This document shows, piece by piece, positions 1 to 12,039 of a DNA stretch of 64,000 nt. Under the pieces are notes generated by a model. That model did no database searches. It was not told the origin of the DNA and worked only from the letters and a program-made list of their open reading frames with translations. Origin of the DNA: Emiliania huxleyi CCMP1516 (Eukaryota); contig NW_005202113.1 in the NCBI RefSeq assembly GCF_000372725.1, forward strand, positions 62,001 to 126,000. The letters are read 5' to 3'. The position numbers and the translations under genes are program-made. Every line of letters starts with the position of its first letter. Within the stretch, counting starts at the first letter, position 1.

Positions 1-207
1 TCGTTCTCTCCCTTGTCACTTCCTCCTCTGTCGCGTCATTCTCTTCTGCCTCGTCCTGCGCCGCCGCCGCCTGCCGTTCCCTTGTTCTCTCGGCTTCTTT
101 CGCCTTTCGGCGCAGCTCCGCCCTCCTTGCTGCATATCCTGGCCCCTCGATCCACCCATCCCTCCTCAAATCGCGATTTCCGCATTTCTTCCCCGCCAAA
201 GTGCGTG

Positions 208-2168
208 ATGGTCGCGCACGGCCCCGTGCTTCGCACGCTCTACGGCTCGCTGCTTCGGACGGCACGATCGATTGAGGCCCTGACCAACAAGCATAACGCG
301 CACTTTGTCGGGCAGGTCCTGCGGAGGTCGACGATCAAGCAGTTTGCTGAGGCCTCTCTCGTGTCGCTCGTCTCGAAGCCCTTCTCTGCGGCCGACGGCT
401 CGAGCCCGGCGTCGCTCGTGCGCGAGGCTTTCCGTGGCAGAGGCCGGCACCTCGCTGCGACCGAGGCGCGATCCACTTGCCCGCCGTCGCATTCGCTCGA
501 CGACGCGTTCGCCGCCCTCCGCATCGGGAACGATATCTTGTCGTGGCTCCGCCTGAACGGCACGCTGCACAGGCTGCACGAGACCGATGCGGACGTGCTG
601 GAGGGCGCCTGCGCCATTGCGGACGCGTTGCGCGGCGACGGCGAGCATTGCCTGCGCGGAACGCTGGCCGAGATCGAGCGCTACGCCACCGAGGCAGCCG
701 ATTCTTGTGTGAAGTAGCTCGGAGATCTCTCGGACCCAGCCGCCAACTTGCGAGTAGGTCGAGTCGCTGCTCGAGGCGGACAGCGTCGCGCGCGGCGAGG
801 TGAAAGGAGGGACGAGCACGCACACACACCGAGGCTCACACACTTTCAGCGGCCCTCGGCGCCTCGGTTGCAGGTGGAGGACCTGCTTGAGATTGCCGAC
901 GAGGTCAAGACGCTGCTTGAGGCGGACGGGGCGAGGCTCGCGGGCGATGCGGCGGGCCGGCTCCGGACGCTGCAGCGCATCAACACGATCCTGTACGACA
1001 AGCTCGGCCTCAAGGGCCACTACGGCTCGGGTGACTTTGCGGACATCTCCCGCGGCAGCGGCATTGACCAGGCGCTCGCGCGGCGGCGCGGGCTGCCCAT
1101 CGCTCTGTGCGTTATCTACCGCGCGGTCGCGTCGCGGCTCGGGCTGCCGGTCCAGGTCACAAACTTCCCGAACCACGTGCTGCTGCGCCTCGAGACGGAG
1201 GGCGAGGGAGCGGTGCAGACGGCGGAGGGAAGCGAGGCAGAGGCTGGCGCGGGCGTCGACGTCTCTGCCGTGACGGGCCTCTTTGTCGCCGACTACGGCC
1301 CGCACGGCCCCGAGGTGGTGGACGTGCAGGTGGGGCGCTATTGGGGCGAGGTGCGGCTGGTGGCGACCAAGGTCACCGGCGACGCGCACGTCCCGGTGAG
1401 ATCGCCCTTTTCACCAGAGACCTCCCGCAGAGGGTCGAGACCGCCAGAGAGAATCTGAGATGGTCAGAGATGACCGGCGACGCTCGCGAGATCACCCGAG
1501 ACCACGCTGGGGCGAGCGTGGGTGCCGAGAGGTCGCGACTCGATGTAGGCGGGGCAGCAGAGCTGGTGGGCGAGGCTGGCGGCGGGCGACGGCGGCGCAG
1601 ACCCCCCTGTGGGCGTCGGGGCCGAGGCGCTGCCCCTCGTGCCGCCCCTTCCCTCGAGCGCGCCTCTCAAGCTCGAGGCGGGCGTGCAGCTCGCCGACGA
1701 GGGGTTCGTTAACCCGCGCTGGGAGGAGGGAGCGAGCCTCGAGGCGACGGCGGCGAGGGGAGAGGAAAAGAAGTCACACACACCCGCACCTCGAGCTCCG
1801 TGCGCACGCGCTTGCAGGTGCGGTCGGCGAGCAGCCTGCTGCTCACCTTCGGCGAGGCGCGAGGCAGCGATGCGGCCGCGCCGCCGCTGCTGTTTGAGCG
1901 GTGCGACCCGGCCGGCCTCTGGTTTGTCGACGCGTTTCGCGGGGGCGCGCTGCTCCCGCCGCAGGTGTGCGCCGAGATCCTGGCGCGCACCGGCATGCCT
2001 CCGGACCAGCACGCGGGCTGCTTGGAGCCGGCCCCGCCGGCGAGCGTGTGGGCTCGCATGACCCGCAACTTGTGGGCGGCGGCGCGGCGGGGCGGTGACG
2101 AGACGAAGGCGGTGTTTTGGGAGGGGGCTGGCTGCGGGCTCGACGAGGCTGCAGGTAGAGCGAACTGA
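208..2168 (+). CDS. Multi-exon protein: LYR-like N-terminus, SirB1/Transglut_core2-like domain with inserted DUF3506/Cyclin-D1-binding-like domain
   Basis: Stitched ORFs 13-717, 748-1458, 1609-2061 and 1800-2168 give RRRGLPIALCVIYRAVASRLGLPVQVTNFPNHVLLR and WFVDAFRGGALL...LEPAPPASVWARMTRNL (SirB1/FBXO21-like). Between them lie GLFVADYGPHGPEVV...LVATKVTGDAHVP and QLADEGFVNPRW (DUF3506-like). Short introns separate the frames. Confidence 0.7.
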
Positions 2169-2805
2169 CATGCCCGGTTGTACACTTGCGACACTTGCGA
2201 CGCCACCGCCCCTCGTGATTCCCGCGCGAGCCGTCCAGTTCGACAGCTCTTCTCCGATATATGCCGTGTCTGACAATTTAAACCCCCGCACAAAAAACGC
2301 TGGTTGTTTTACTACAAGATTAAATCAACATTACATGCACATGTGCATGTGCATGCACGTAAACCCCCGCACACAACACGCTGATTTTTTCACTACACGT
2401 TAAGGTCAAAGCCTCAAAGGTGCGGCTCTCATGCCAGTTTCGGGGGGCAAACCCTGCCCGGCCCCTAGAGCCCCAGGTAAGGCCCAGGTGTGGCCTAGGG
2501 CATCAGAAGGGACCAAGAGGAGTCCAGGCTGAGCCATAGAGCCCATGTCTTCGCCCCCGATGGTCGCGTTCAAATGCCCGGAACGGCCGTTGCAGTGGTG
2601 TCCGGCCGGCGCGATCACCGAGCTGTGACGCTCAGGGAAGCCTGATGAGGTGCTGGTTTCTTTGCCCAGGGCTGGCCTACGGCCCGTGCTGGATCAGCTG
2701 AGCAAGGTTTGGGGAGAATCCCCCACTCAGATCTTCAGATATTTTGACGGATGACCGAAAATGGGCAAAAACGGGGTGATTGACACACATCAATCTATGT
2801 GGCTG

Positions 2806-3639
2806 CTAAGTGCTATTCTGCTGCAACCATGTTCGAGCGAGCTCGCCGAGCCCGGGGTCTGCCTCGCACTTTGCGGGATGGTAAGCGCGTCTCGCCAGCA
2901 CTGGACTCGCGAACTGCTTGCGCTTGCTCGCCGACGAGTGGCCTGCAACCATGCTGCCCAGGTGCTCGGGCCGCAAGTGCGAGAGGGAGCACCAAGCGGC
3001 GCGCTCGCAGAGGGGTGCGAGTAGGGCCTCATGGAAGCCCTTCGCGCGCTGCGTGGTTAGCGCTCGAGCAATCTCGCTGGCGACAGCGTGCGACATGCGT
3101 AAGAGTGGCCAGACGACCGCGGTGAGAGACCTGTCTTCGGCCGAGCGGCATCGTGTCGTGATGTTTAGAAAGCACGTGCGCTCGTGGGCAAAGTAGGAGG
3201 TGCTGGGGTGGTGAATGGTGCTGGCGATGATGTGCGACTCATCGGCCGAGTAAGCGTTGAACAGCGCGCTCCACGGGCCAGTGAAGAAGACATCGTCCTC
3301 AATCTGCCAGGCCCGATGGCAGGACGTGTGGCTGCGCAGTAGCCACAAAACAAAGGCAGCCTTCGAGTAGCCCACGAATTTTCCGCCAAACAGGCCCCAT
3401 GGCGAGCTGGGCACGACTAGCGGCTGCCTGACGAGGCGCACATTTTTTTGCGGCCGCAATTTGGCCACCGCCTCGCCAGTCGGTGTGTGATTGCGGCCGT
3501 GGAGAACGTAAACCATGCGGTCGCCTGCACTTGCCACCAGCGCAGCCAGTCGAGCAAGCCGGCATCCGTGCTCTAGGGAGCGCGTGATGTACGCGATGCA
3601 TTCGCCGGAGCGCCCCATCGCCGGCACAGCTCCATCCAT
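2806..3639 (-). CDS. Hypothetical glycosyltransferase-like protein (DUF3405-like motif)
   Basis: AWQIEDDVFFTGPWSALF, RMSHAV, GFHEA and YHPAK segments resemble DUF3405/GT-A-like proteins; start uncertain (ATG 3639 or 3618). Confidence 0.45.
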   Translation of the reverse strand: MDGAVPAMGRSGECIAYITRSLEHGCRLARLAALVASAGDRMVYVLHGRNHTPTGEAVAKLRPQKNVRLVRQPLVVPSSPWGLFGGKFVGYSKAAFVLWLLRSHTSCHRAWQIEDDVFFTGPWSALFNAYSADESHIIASTIHHPSTSYFAHERTCFLNITTRCRSAEDRSLTAVVWPLLRMSHAVASEIARALTTQRAKGFHEALLAPLCERAAWCSLSHLRPEHLGSMVAGHSSASKRKQFASPVLARRAYHPAKCEADPGLGELARTWLQQNST

Positions 3640-3685
3640 GTCTGATCGGAAGTGCCCGCCGCCGCCGCGCACGTTCGTTGGGCAT

Positions 3686-5488
3686 ATGCCGGCCAGGGTG
3701 GCCAAAGACGACGTCACCGCCGACACACACGACTCGCAGCTTGCTTTGGTGTCCATTGGCGGAGTGCACCGATTCCAGCCATCTGCAGCGACGCCAAGTA
3801 GGGCAAAGAAGCATGAGCCTGGGGCCCGGCGGACAACGTTTCGCAGACTGACCGATGAGTCGCCTGAGCTGACTGGAGTGGAGGATCCCACGCAGATCGA
3901 CGATCCGGACGCGGCTGCCAGCAAGGGCGTGTCGGTAACACGTCAGCGTGAGCTCGTCATTTGCGTGGTGGCGACCGTGCTCATCGTTGCTGCTGGCTGT
4001 GTCGGCACGCCAGTGGTGCTCATGCATTCACCCCTCTCAGCCCCATCGAGCGATCGAGCACAAGCGGTGCACGAGACCCTGTTGGCGCCGCCACCCATAC
4101 CGCCACCGCCGCTACCGCCGCCGCCTCTTCCGCCGCCCTCACCGCCGCCGCCCTCGCCGCCACCTTGGCCTCGGCCGCCGCCTCCGTCGCCCTCTCCTCA
4201 CCCTCCACCGCCGCCGCAGTGCGACGACACGCAGTGCACAAGTGCCGGCAACGACTGCTGCGCCCCCGCTGGGGACACCGCAACCTGCCGCCACGGCTGG
4301 ACCGCCGTCCGCAATCAGCGAGACTGCTTTGGCTTCCGTGGGGCGAGCTACACCTGCTGCCCCCCGATGCCCCCCTCGCCGCCGCCGCCGCCATCGCCGC
4401 CCTTGCCACCGCGGCCGCCTCGCCCCCCTCCGCTGCCGCCCATGTCGGCAGCGGAGCGCGCGCTGGTGCGTGTTACCAGCGCCTTCCAGTCTCACGGCCT
4501 CCTGACCCACTCCGTCGGCGGCGGCAGCCGCTGGATGCAAGACCTCATGCGCACGTCGAGCCGGCACGACTTCACCGTGGAGCGCGACTGCGGCGAGCAC
4601 TGCTCCGCGTTCACGCTGCTGCACCCCGACCTGCCGTTGTCGGTCTTTGCATCGGGCGACGGCCATGACAACGGCATCGGGCTCGCCTTTGAGGCCAGCG
4701 ACGAGGTTTGGGACACCGCCGTGCAATGCATGTCTGTGCTGGACAGCAACAGTGCGAACCGCGCCTGCTGCGCCTGCTTCGAGCGGCAGTATTGCCCGCT
4801 CCCGAGCCTCAACCAGCGCGACTCTGGCTACTGCCACGCCGCGTGCTCTGGTGGCGGGGCGGCCGAGCAGCTCCGCTGCAAGCAGCTCGCAGCGGGCTGC
4901 GGCGTCAACACGATGACGGCGCACTGGGAGCGCTTCCCCGGGCAGGCGCAGTGCAGCGAGCAGGAGATTCGCGACGGGCGCTGCCGGATGTGCGAGCGCC
5001 CCCAGTGGTGCGCAGACCCCGGCTCGGCCGGCTTCGCTTTCGGCGGCCACGCCGACACGCCCGAAAAGTGGCTTGAGCTCTTTTTCCACAAGCCGTTTCC
5101 GGGCACCCGCCAGTGCAAGTACAAGCCGAGCCAGAAGGAGGCGTGGATCGAGACGGCGCGCGAGTACAACCGGCGGCGGCAGACCGACACCGACAATGAG
5201 CCCGCGCTCGAGAATGAGGTCAACCTCTACGTCGGGCCCGGCGACGGCGGCGTCGAGGCCGCCTTGGCGAAGCACTTTGTCGGGCTCCTCTTCTTCCGCA
5301 GCACTGGCCAGCAGGCGAGGGACCTCGGCGTGCTGCGCCGGCTGCGCGACCACCTCAGCGGCAGCCTCGGCTGGCAAGTCCCCATCTACGCGGTCACGAA
5401 CGAGCCGCCCGGGCAGCTGCGCCACTGGAACCACGCGCACAAACTGGACCTGCGCGCGCCGCCCTACAACTTGCAGCTGGTGAGCTAA
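3686..5488 (+). CDS. Single-pass membrane protein with proline-rich stalks and cysteine-rich extracellular region
   Basis: Uninterrupted ORF 3515-5488 with hydrophobic LVICVVATVLIVAAGCVG, SP/PP-rich tracts flanking a Cys-rich module (CDDTQC...NDCC...YTCC) and a Cys-rich C-terminus; start uncertain. Confidence 0.65.
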   Translation: MPARVAKDDVTADTHDSQLALVSIGGVHRFQPSAATPSRAKKHEPGARRTTFRRLTDESPELTGVEDPTQIDDPDAAASKGVSVTRQRELVICVVATVLIVAAGCVGTPVVLMHSPLSAPSSDRAQAVHETLLAPPPIPPPPLPPPPLPPPSPPPPSPPPWPRPPPPSPSPHPPPPPQCDDTQCTSAGNDCCAPAGDTATCRHGWTAVRNQRDCFGFRGASYTCCPPMPPSPPPPPSPPLPPRPPRPPPLPPMSAAERALVRVTSAFQSHGLLTHSVGGGSRWMQDLMRTSSRHDFTVERDCGEHCSAFTLLHPDLPLSVFASGDGHDNGIGLAFEASDEVWDTAVQCMSVLDSNSANRACCACFERQYCPLPSLNQRDSGYCHAACSGGGAAEQLRCKQLAAGCGVNTMTAHWERFPGQAQCSEQEIRDGRCRMCERPQWCADPGSAGFAFGGHADTPEKWLELFFHKPFPGTRQCKYKPSQKEAWIETAREYNRRRQTDTDNEPALENEVNLYVGPGDGGVEAALAKHFVGLLFFRSTGQQARDLGVLRRLRDHLSGSLGWQVPIYAVTNEPPGQLRHWNHAHKLDLRAPPYNLQLVS

Positions 5489-5750
5489 ATTAGTGTGACT
5501 ACAGGGCGGTGAGATGGAACGTCGGGGGCGTGGGCAGGCTAGATGCGTCGTTGTGGATTGGGCGCGGGGGATGTGTGTAGGAGCACCGCAGAATTCTTCA
5601 ATTTCAAGCCGCTGTCAACGCCGGCTGACCTGACAGCACCCGGTGCAGTGACTTGCTCGCTCTCATCAAAGAGCGACCTGACCTGACCTGCCTCGCTCTT
5701 TTGCCGCCCTCCGCGAGTCCACGCCTCGCACCCGCCGCTAAGCCGGCCCG

Positions 5751-7771
5751 ATGTCCGATTTCTTCGACATCGATTCGTACCTGAACCGGATCGGCTTGCC
5801 CGCACCCACCGACGAGCAGCGATACCAAGACGGCCTCATCCTGCTGCGCGACATCATGGCGGCGCACTCCCGCACAATCCCGTTTGAGAATCTGGACATC
5901 GTCCTCAAGCGGAACTTGCCCGTCTCGCTCGAGTCGATGGAGCTGGAAGCGAAAATGGTGGCGGGCGGCCGCGGCGGGTACTGCTTTGAGAACAATTTGC
6001 TGCTCTGCTTTGCGCTCCGCGCGCTGGGGTTTGGCGTGACGCCGATGCTCGCGCGGGTCCGCTGGAACAAGCCGCCGGGCGATCCGCAGCCGCTCGGGCA
6101 CCTCGTGCTCCTCGTGACGCTCCCGCAGTGGCCGGTGTCGGCCGCCACGCCATTTTCGGGCCAGCTCTCAGTCGCGGGCACCCCGTACCTGGCCGACGTC
6201 GGCTTCGCAGGCGGACGGCGGTAGCAGAGGGGCCAGGGGCGGGAATAGCGAGAGGGGTGGCCACCTCTCCCGTACCCTCGCTCAGGCACAAACTCGATCG
6301 CTCCGGTTGCCGCGGCGAGCGCAGAGGTGCAGCAGCTGCCCGAAGGCCACTTCCGTCTGCTGTCGGAGCCGTTTGGCTGCACCGGCAGCGGAGGCATGTA
6401 CAGCGCGGAGCTGGGCCAGCCGCTGCCGCCCCCGCTGAGCGACAAGCAGTTCGTGCTCCAGCGGCAGGTGCGAGGCACGTGGCGGGACCTCTACATGGTG
6501 CGCGAGACACTTCCGAGACACGTCCGAGACACTTCCGAGTCGCTTCAAAGCCCGGCCCGCCCTGGCCTGCGTCAGGTGCGGAACGAGCCCGCCTGCGACG
6601 CAGACATCTCCCAGGCAAACTGGTACAACTGCACCCACCCGGACGCGCGCTTCGTCTCGTCCTTCTTCGTCTCGCGCGTCGTCGGCGACGAGAGGCACCA
6701 CATCGTCAACGGCGAGACCCCCCCCCCCCCCTCCACCTTCCCACGCGGCGACTCGCTACTCCTCGCTGAGTTGCCGCAGGCTCGTACATCTTCCGCAAGC
6801 CCGACGGAAGCATCAACGAGGAGGTTGTCACCTCGCGCGCGCGGCTGATGCTGTTACTCACGTCGGCCTTCGGCATCGCGCTTCCCGACGAGACCGCCGA
6901 TATCGACCGCTTCCTCCAGCCGCCGTCAGAGCAGCCGCCGGAGCAGCCGCCGGAGCAGCCGCCAGAGCAGCCGCAGCAGCAGCCGCGGCAGCCGCCGCCG
7001 CCTCCGCGCCCGATCGCGGGCGGGCTCGGCGTGGGCGGCGCGCTGGCTGCGTCGCTCACGTCTCGCGATAGCAGCGCCGACCTCCGGCGGTCAGTCTCGG
7101 TCCCGGGGCGCGGCGCGGAGGCCAGGGCCGGCAACGGGGCTGGGTACGGCGGCGGGCAGAGCCCGGACGAGGACGAGTTTGGGGACGAGCCGCTGACGCC
7201 GCAGCTGTCTGTGCTGCCGCAGCACCCGCAGGCGCAGGGGCTGCCGATGCCGTCGCTGCCTCCGCCGCAGGTGCCGCCGAACGGCGCGCCGGCTCGCCGG
7301 CCGCCGCCGCCGAGGCCGCCGCCGCCGAGGCCGCCGCAGGGGCCGGGCAAGGTCGCCGCGTCGGTGGGCAAGGGGGCGGGGGGCGGCAAGGGGAGCAGCC
7401 TCGGAAAGGGGAGCCCGAAGCGGCCGCGCGAGGCGGGGGGCGGAGGCGGAGGAGGAGGCGGCGGAGGAGGCGGCGGAGGAGGGGGCAGGGAGCCCCCCGT
7501 GCTCGACCTGCTCGACGGAGGCCCGGCGAGCAGCGCGGGCGCGGCCGCAGGCTCGGCGGGAAAGGTGCACCTCCGCGTCGCTGGCTACTACTCGTGGTCG
7601 CTGCCGTACAGCGGAGAGAAGGGCGAGCTCGGCACCGCCTTCACCTTCGCAGTCGACGGCATGTGCGGCTTCCCCGGCTGCCCGCTCCCCGAGCGCCACC
7701 CTGGGCCGCACCAGATCGCCGTCGTGGACTCGAAGCGGAAGCGGCAGCCCAAGCCGCAGTTTGGGTCGTGA
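5751..7771 (+). CDS. NAT: Arylamine N-acetyltransferase with Pro/Gly-rich C-terminal extension (about 4 exons)
   Basis: YLNRIGL, IPFENLDI, RGGYCFENN (catalytic Cys), GHLVLLV (His), YLADVGF (Asp); continues through ORFs 6327-6848 and 6848-7771 after short introns. Confidence 0.85.
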
Positions 7772-8171
7772 GAGCCGCTCTCGCGCTGCTCCCCCCCCCC
7801 CCCCGCGCGCGCTCCCGCGGCGTGGATCGTGAGAGACGCCCTCTCTCCCGCTCCCGCGGTGCTCTCCCGCTCCCGCGCCACCCCGCACTGCGGCACCCGC
7901 TGCGGCGCTTCGCCTCGCGCTCGGGCCGAGGGGTTGCGCTTGGTCTCTCCGGTAGTCTACCCCCACCGGGGCCCACCCCCTGCGCCCCTGCGCCCTGGCG
8001 GCCACACGCATGTCGACGATGTCTTCTCTTCCCCCCTCATTCGCGACTAATACGTGATACATGTACACATCTTCGAGTAGCACGGCGCGAAACATTCTTT
8101 TCGCCGAGAGGGCCTGTAAAAATTCTTTTCGCCGAGCATCCCCATTTTGGCCCCCGCGCTGTGCCACACAC

Positions 8172-9441
8172 ATGCCGACCATGCTACTGCTCGGAAGCGT
8201 CGCCGCAGCGATGCACCCGCCGCTGCGGCAAAGCTGCCCACTGTTGCCGTGCTTCCAGCCCTCGCGCCGCTCGCCGCCGCCGCTCTGCCAACTCGGTGCC
8301 GGTGCGAGGGGCCGCCTCTTTCTCGACCAAAAGGAGGCGATGACTCGTCAGGCAGAGGTCGAGCGTGATCTGCTCGCGCCGCACACCCAGCCCATGGTTG
8401 TGCCAAAGCCGAGCAAGAAGAAGGCGCGGGCCATGGGAGGCGGCGGGGGCGGCGGCTTTGGGGCAAAGGCGGCGGTGGCTCCGAGCGCCGAGGAGATCGC
8501 CACCGCGCTGCGGGTGGACACGCTCAAGTCGGAGGGCGTGTGCTATGTCCCGGGTGTCCTCCGCAAGGAGTCGGCCGCGGGTCTGCTCGAGTGCGTCCAG
8601 GACGAGTTGAAGCGGGCCTACGCCGCTGTTGAGGCGGAGCCCGAGTCGAGCGTCGCCCGCTTCAACGTGCCCGTCGACACCTTCGACCCGCTGCGTGGGT
8701 ACCTGCTGCTGCCGCTGCGCGACGAGAGGTCGGTGGAGGCCGGCGAGCCGGACGGCGTGATGGTGCGCGCGCTCCGCGAGTGCCTCAGCAGCGGGAGTGT
8801 GCTGGGCGAGCTGTTTGGCTCCTCGCTGTGCGGCGGCGGAAAGGCGGAGTGGTACGACCTGGTGGCGCTGCGGACCGAGGCGGGGGCGGCGCGGCAGCCA
8901 ATCCACTACGACACGCCGTACCAGAAGGCGTGCGGCCTGCGCGACGGAGGTGCCGTGCAGCCTCTCGGCATGTGAGCCGCCCTCTCGGAGCCCGCAGGTG
9001 CCCGGCCTGTTTTGCGCCTTCATCGCCATGTCGGACGTCGAGTACTCCAAGGGCGCGACGGTCTTCCTGCCGGGCACGCACCGCGACACGGCGGAGCGGC
9101 AGGCCTTCGAGCAGGGCGGCGAGGCGCGCGACGCGATGCTCGGCGCGAAGCAGTCGGCGTTCACGGCGCTCAAGGCGGGCGACGCCGTCGTGTTTGACAT
9201 GCGGACGCTGCACGCCGGCACCGCCAACCTCGCCTTCTCGGAGGGCGGAGGGCAGCGTCTGCTCTTCATCCTCACCTTCCGGAATCGCAAGGCCAAGGGG
9301 GCGCTCGGCCACGCACCCAACCTGAGGCCAAACTACCGCCACCGCGGCATCACGCTCGCCGAGATGCGGAGCGAGCTCGAGAGCCCAGAGCCGTTTGCGG
9401 GGGACGCCAGCGACGGGAAGCCGTTTGGAGACGGGCTGTAG
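8172..9441 (+). CDS. Phytanoyl-CoA dioxygenase (PhyH)-like 2OG-Fe(II) oxygenase, possibly plastid-targeted
   Basis: QPIHYD (HxD), GATVFLPGTH, LKAGDAVVFDMRTLHAGTAN, R-L-L-F; frame-consistent GC-AG intron 8928-8997; hydrophobic leader. Confidence 0.8.
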
Positions 9442-9657
9442 AACAGGCATTACTTAACTTATTCGGAGCACTGGTGGAGTTATTCGTGTCTGATTTATTG
9501 GTGGGGGGTCCTCCTGCCGTGTGCGCTTGCATGACATGGTGTCCATAAATAATTAATAAAACGGAAACGAGCGAGATCTTTGGTGTTCTTTTACAGTGTG
9601 AATTCTTCTTCGCTAGTTCCTGCTTGACTCACCTTCGCAGTCTCGCGCCTCTTGTGC

Positions 9658-12039
9658 ATGGTCCTGACGGACATCTTCCGCTGCTGGCGTCTCTCCTTCT
9701 GGCGGCGGTTCGACCGGAGCCTGCTCGCCGCGGTGGTGCACCTCCTTTTCGTGTGCTACCTCGTGGAGGGCCTGCGGCTCCATAGCTTCCTGCAAGCAAG
9801 CGCCTCCGAGTTTGCCTCACTGCGCGCGGGCGCCGTGATGAAGGAGCTGGCAGAGGCGTGGCCAGACAACCTCGTCGTGACGCTTCAGCGCTCCGCGGGC
9901 GGGGAGGTCCACCTCGAGGCCTCTCGGGACCTCCCGTTTGAGATCCTCGCGCCGTCGTGGGCCACGTCTCTCTTCATGCTGATCGTGGGCTATCTGACGA
10001 GCGCGCCCTCCGCTGCGAAGGCGTGGGAGACGCCGCTCTCGATGCGGCTGATCTTCACCACCGAGACCGAGCTCTACAAGTCGCTCATGGACAAACAGAC
10101 CGACGTCACGGTGGCGGCGGCTGCCACGGACCAGCGCGTCCGCTTCTACTACCCGCTGTTTGGCACCGGCGCGCTGATTGAGGCGCCGTACTCGCTCGAT
10201 ACGCGCGAGGTGCGAAACCACCTCTTTCCCTTCGCCGAGGGCCTCTGCGAGCCGTGCGCCCTTGGCGACCCCGAGTGCACGCGGATGCTCGACGACCTGG
10301 GCTTCGACAGTGCAGACGCGTTTATCTGCCGCAAGCCGCACCTGCGTGCGCTGGCGCGGCGCGCCTCGAAGCGACACTCCCCCGCCATGCAGAATGCGAT
10401 GCAGCTCGCCGCGGCGGTGGCGATGCTGGGAGTCGGCGCTGCCTTTGCCGTCGGCGAGGCGCGCGCTTCCGCATCGCGAGACATCGGCCCGGGAGAGGGG
10501 GGGAAGGGGGGGCAGGGAGGCGAACGTGCTGACAGCAGGAGCCTCCCGCCGTATCAGGAGCTTTTCCTCGTGCTGATACTGCTGCCGCCGGCCCTACTCG
10601 CCGCACGCGGAGCTGCACACGCTGAGGCCGTGGAAGGAGGCGGCACGCCCCACCACCCCCCACCCCACCACCCCGCCACACACACACCCCGTCCTCACTC
10701 CGCCGCCACTCCCCGCGCCCCGCTCTCACGCCAGCCTCGCACTTCGACAGGCCATCGCCCGCCGGGGGGCGGCGAGGCTCGCTGGGGCCTCCTCCGCACC
10801 CTCTCCCTCCTCCTCTACTCGCGCACTCCGGGCAAGCTGATCGAGGCGCGCACCGGAGGGGCGGCAACCCAAACCGGTCCGCGAGACAAAAGCGCCTGCC
10901 ACTAGGCTGCGCTGCCCAGTCGGCTCGGCTGGCTCGCCCAGCTCGCCGTCTCCCTCGCCCTCGTCGCCACCGCGATGCGGCGCCGCCCGCCGGAAGTCCC
11001 GGCGCCCCACCTCCCCGGCGGCCGCCGCGAGGGCGCTATCGCGGCTTTCTTCGCTGCTTTTGGAATCGTGTTGAGAGCGCCGCTGGCGCAGCCCGTGATC
11101 GAGCCGCAGGGCGTGGTGGTTGGGGTGCGCGTGCCCGATGAGGTCGTGAGGGCGCATGAGGAAGATCTCAGGGCCGCGCGCGCCGTGGGCGAGATGCGTA
11201 TCGGTGGGCAATACGCACCCCCGCGGGCCTTACGCACCCTCGCTGCGGCGTTCCGGGGGGAGGACGTGACGGAGGAGGAGCGCATCTCGGCGATGGCGGC
11301 GGTGATCATTCAGGAAATGGGCATGTTCGTGGCGGCGCCGGGCCTGGTCGGGTTGAGTGAGGTGCAGCTGCGCGCCATGGCGGATGCGGCGGCGGAGGCC
11401 GAGGCGGACAGCAACGCGGCGGCGAGGTTTGCGAGCATCGACGAGGCCGAGCAGGCCATCCGGTCCGCGGCGGTGTTGCTCGGCCTCGAGCCCGGCGGGA
11501 GCGTGCGGCAGCAGGCCGAGACCATCCTCACAATGCTGGGGGTGGGCGAGGAAGCCGCGCGCGCTTGGGACGAGGCGCTTGCGGGTCAGACGCGACGGCA
11601 TGCTCGCGAGGCCGCCGCGCCGCCCGCCACCGCCCCGCCGCCGCCGCCGCCGCATGCATCGCCGCAGGGCGACACCCCTCTCCCCGCTGCGCTTCGTGCG
11701 CCGCCACCGGCGTCAACACAAGCGACGCCGCCACGGCCAGCAAGGGCATCGACGACTGCGACGGCGACGGCGCCGACGCCCACCCCGACACCGACGGCTG
11801 CACCGCCGCCGCTGCCACTCCCGACGCCGCAGCCGATGCCCACGGCACCGCCGCTGCCGATGCCGGCTGGGTTCCCGCCCGCAGCAGGGATGTTTCCTCA
11901 CCCCTTCTGGACAGGGCACGCGCTCACGCCCGAGGGGGCGCTGCAGCTGCACGCGCACCAGGCCGCCCTCGCGCAGGCCGCGTGGTTTGATCAGCTTCAG
12001 GCGCGCGCTCAAGAGGCGTGCCGGCAGCGGCGACGCTGA
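9658..12039 (+). CDS. Hypothetical multi-exon membrane protein with Pro/Thr-rich C-terminus
   Basis: ORFs 9652-10905 and 10975-12039 with several hydrophobic segments, interrupted by intron-like low-complexity stretches; no family recognised. Confidence 0.5.
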
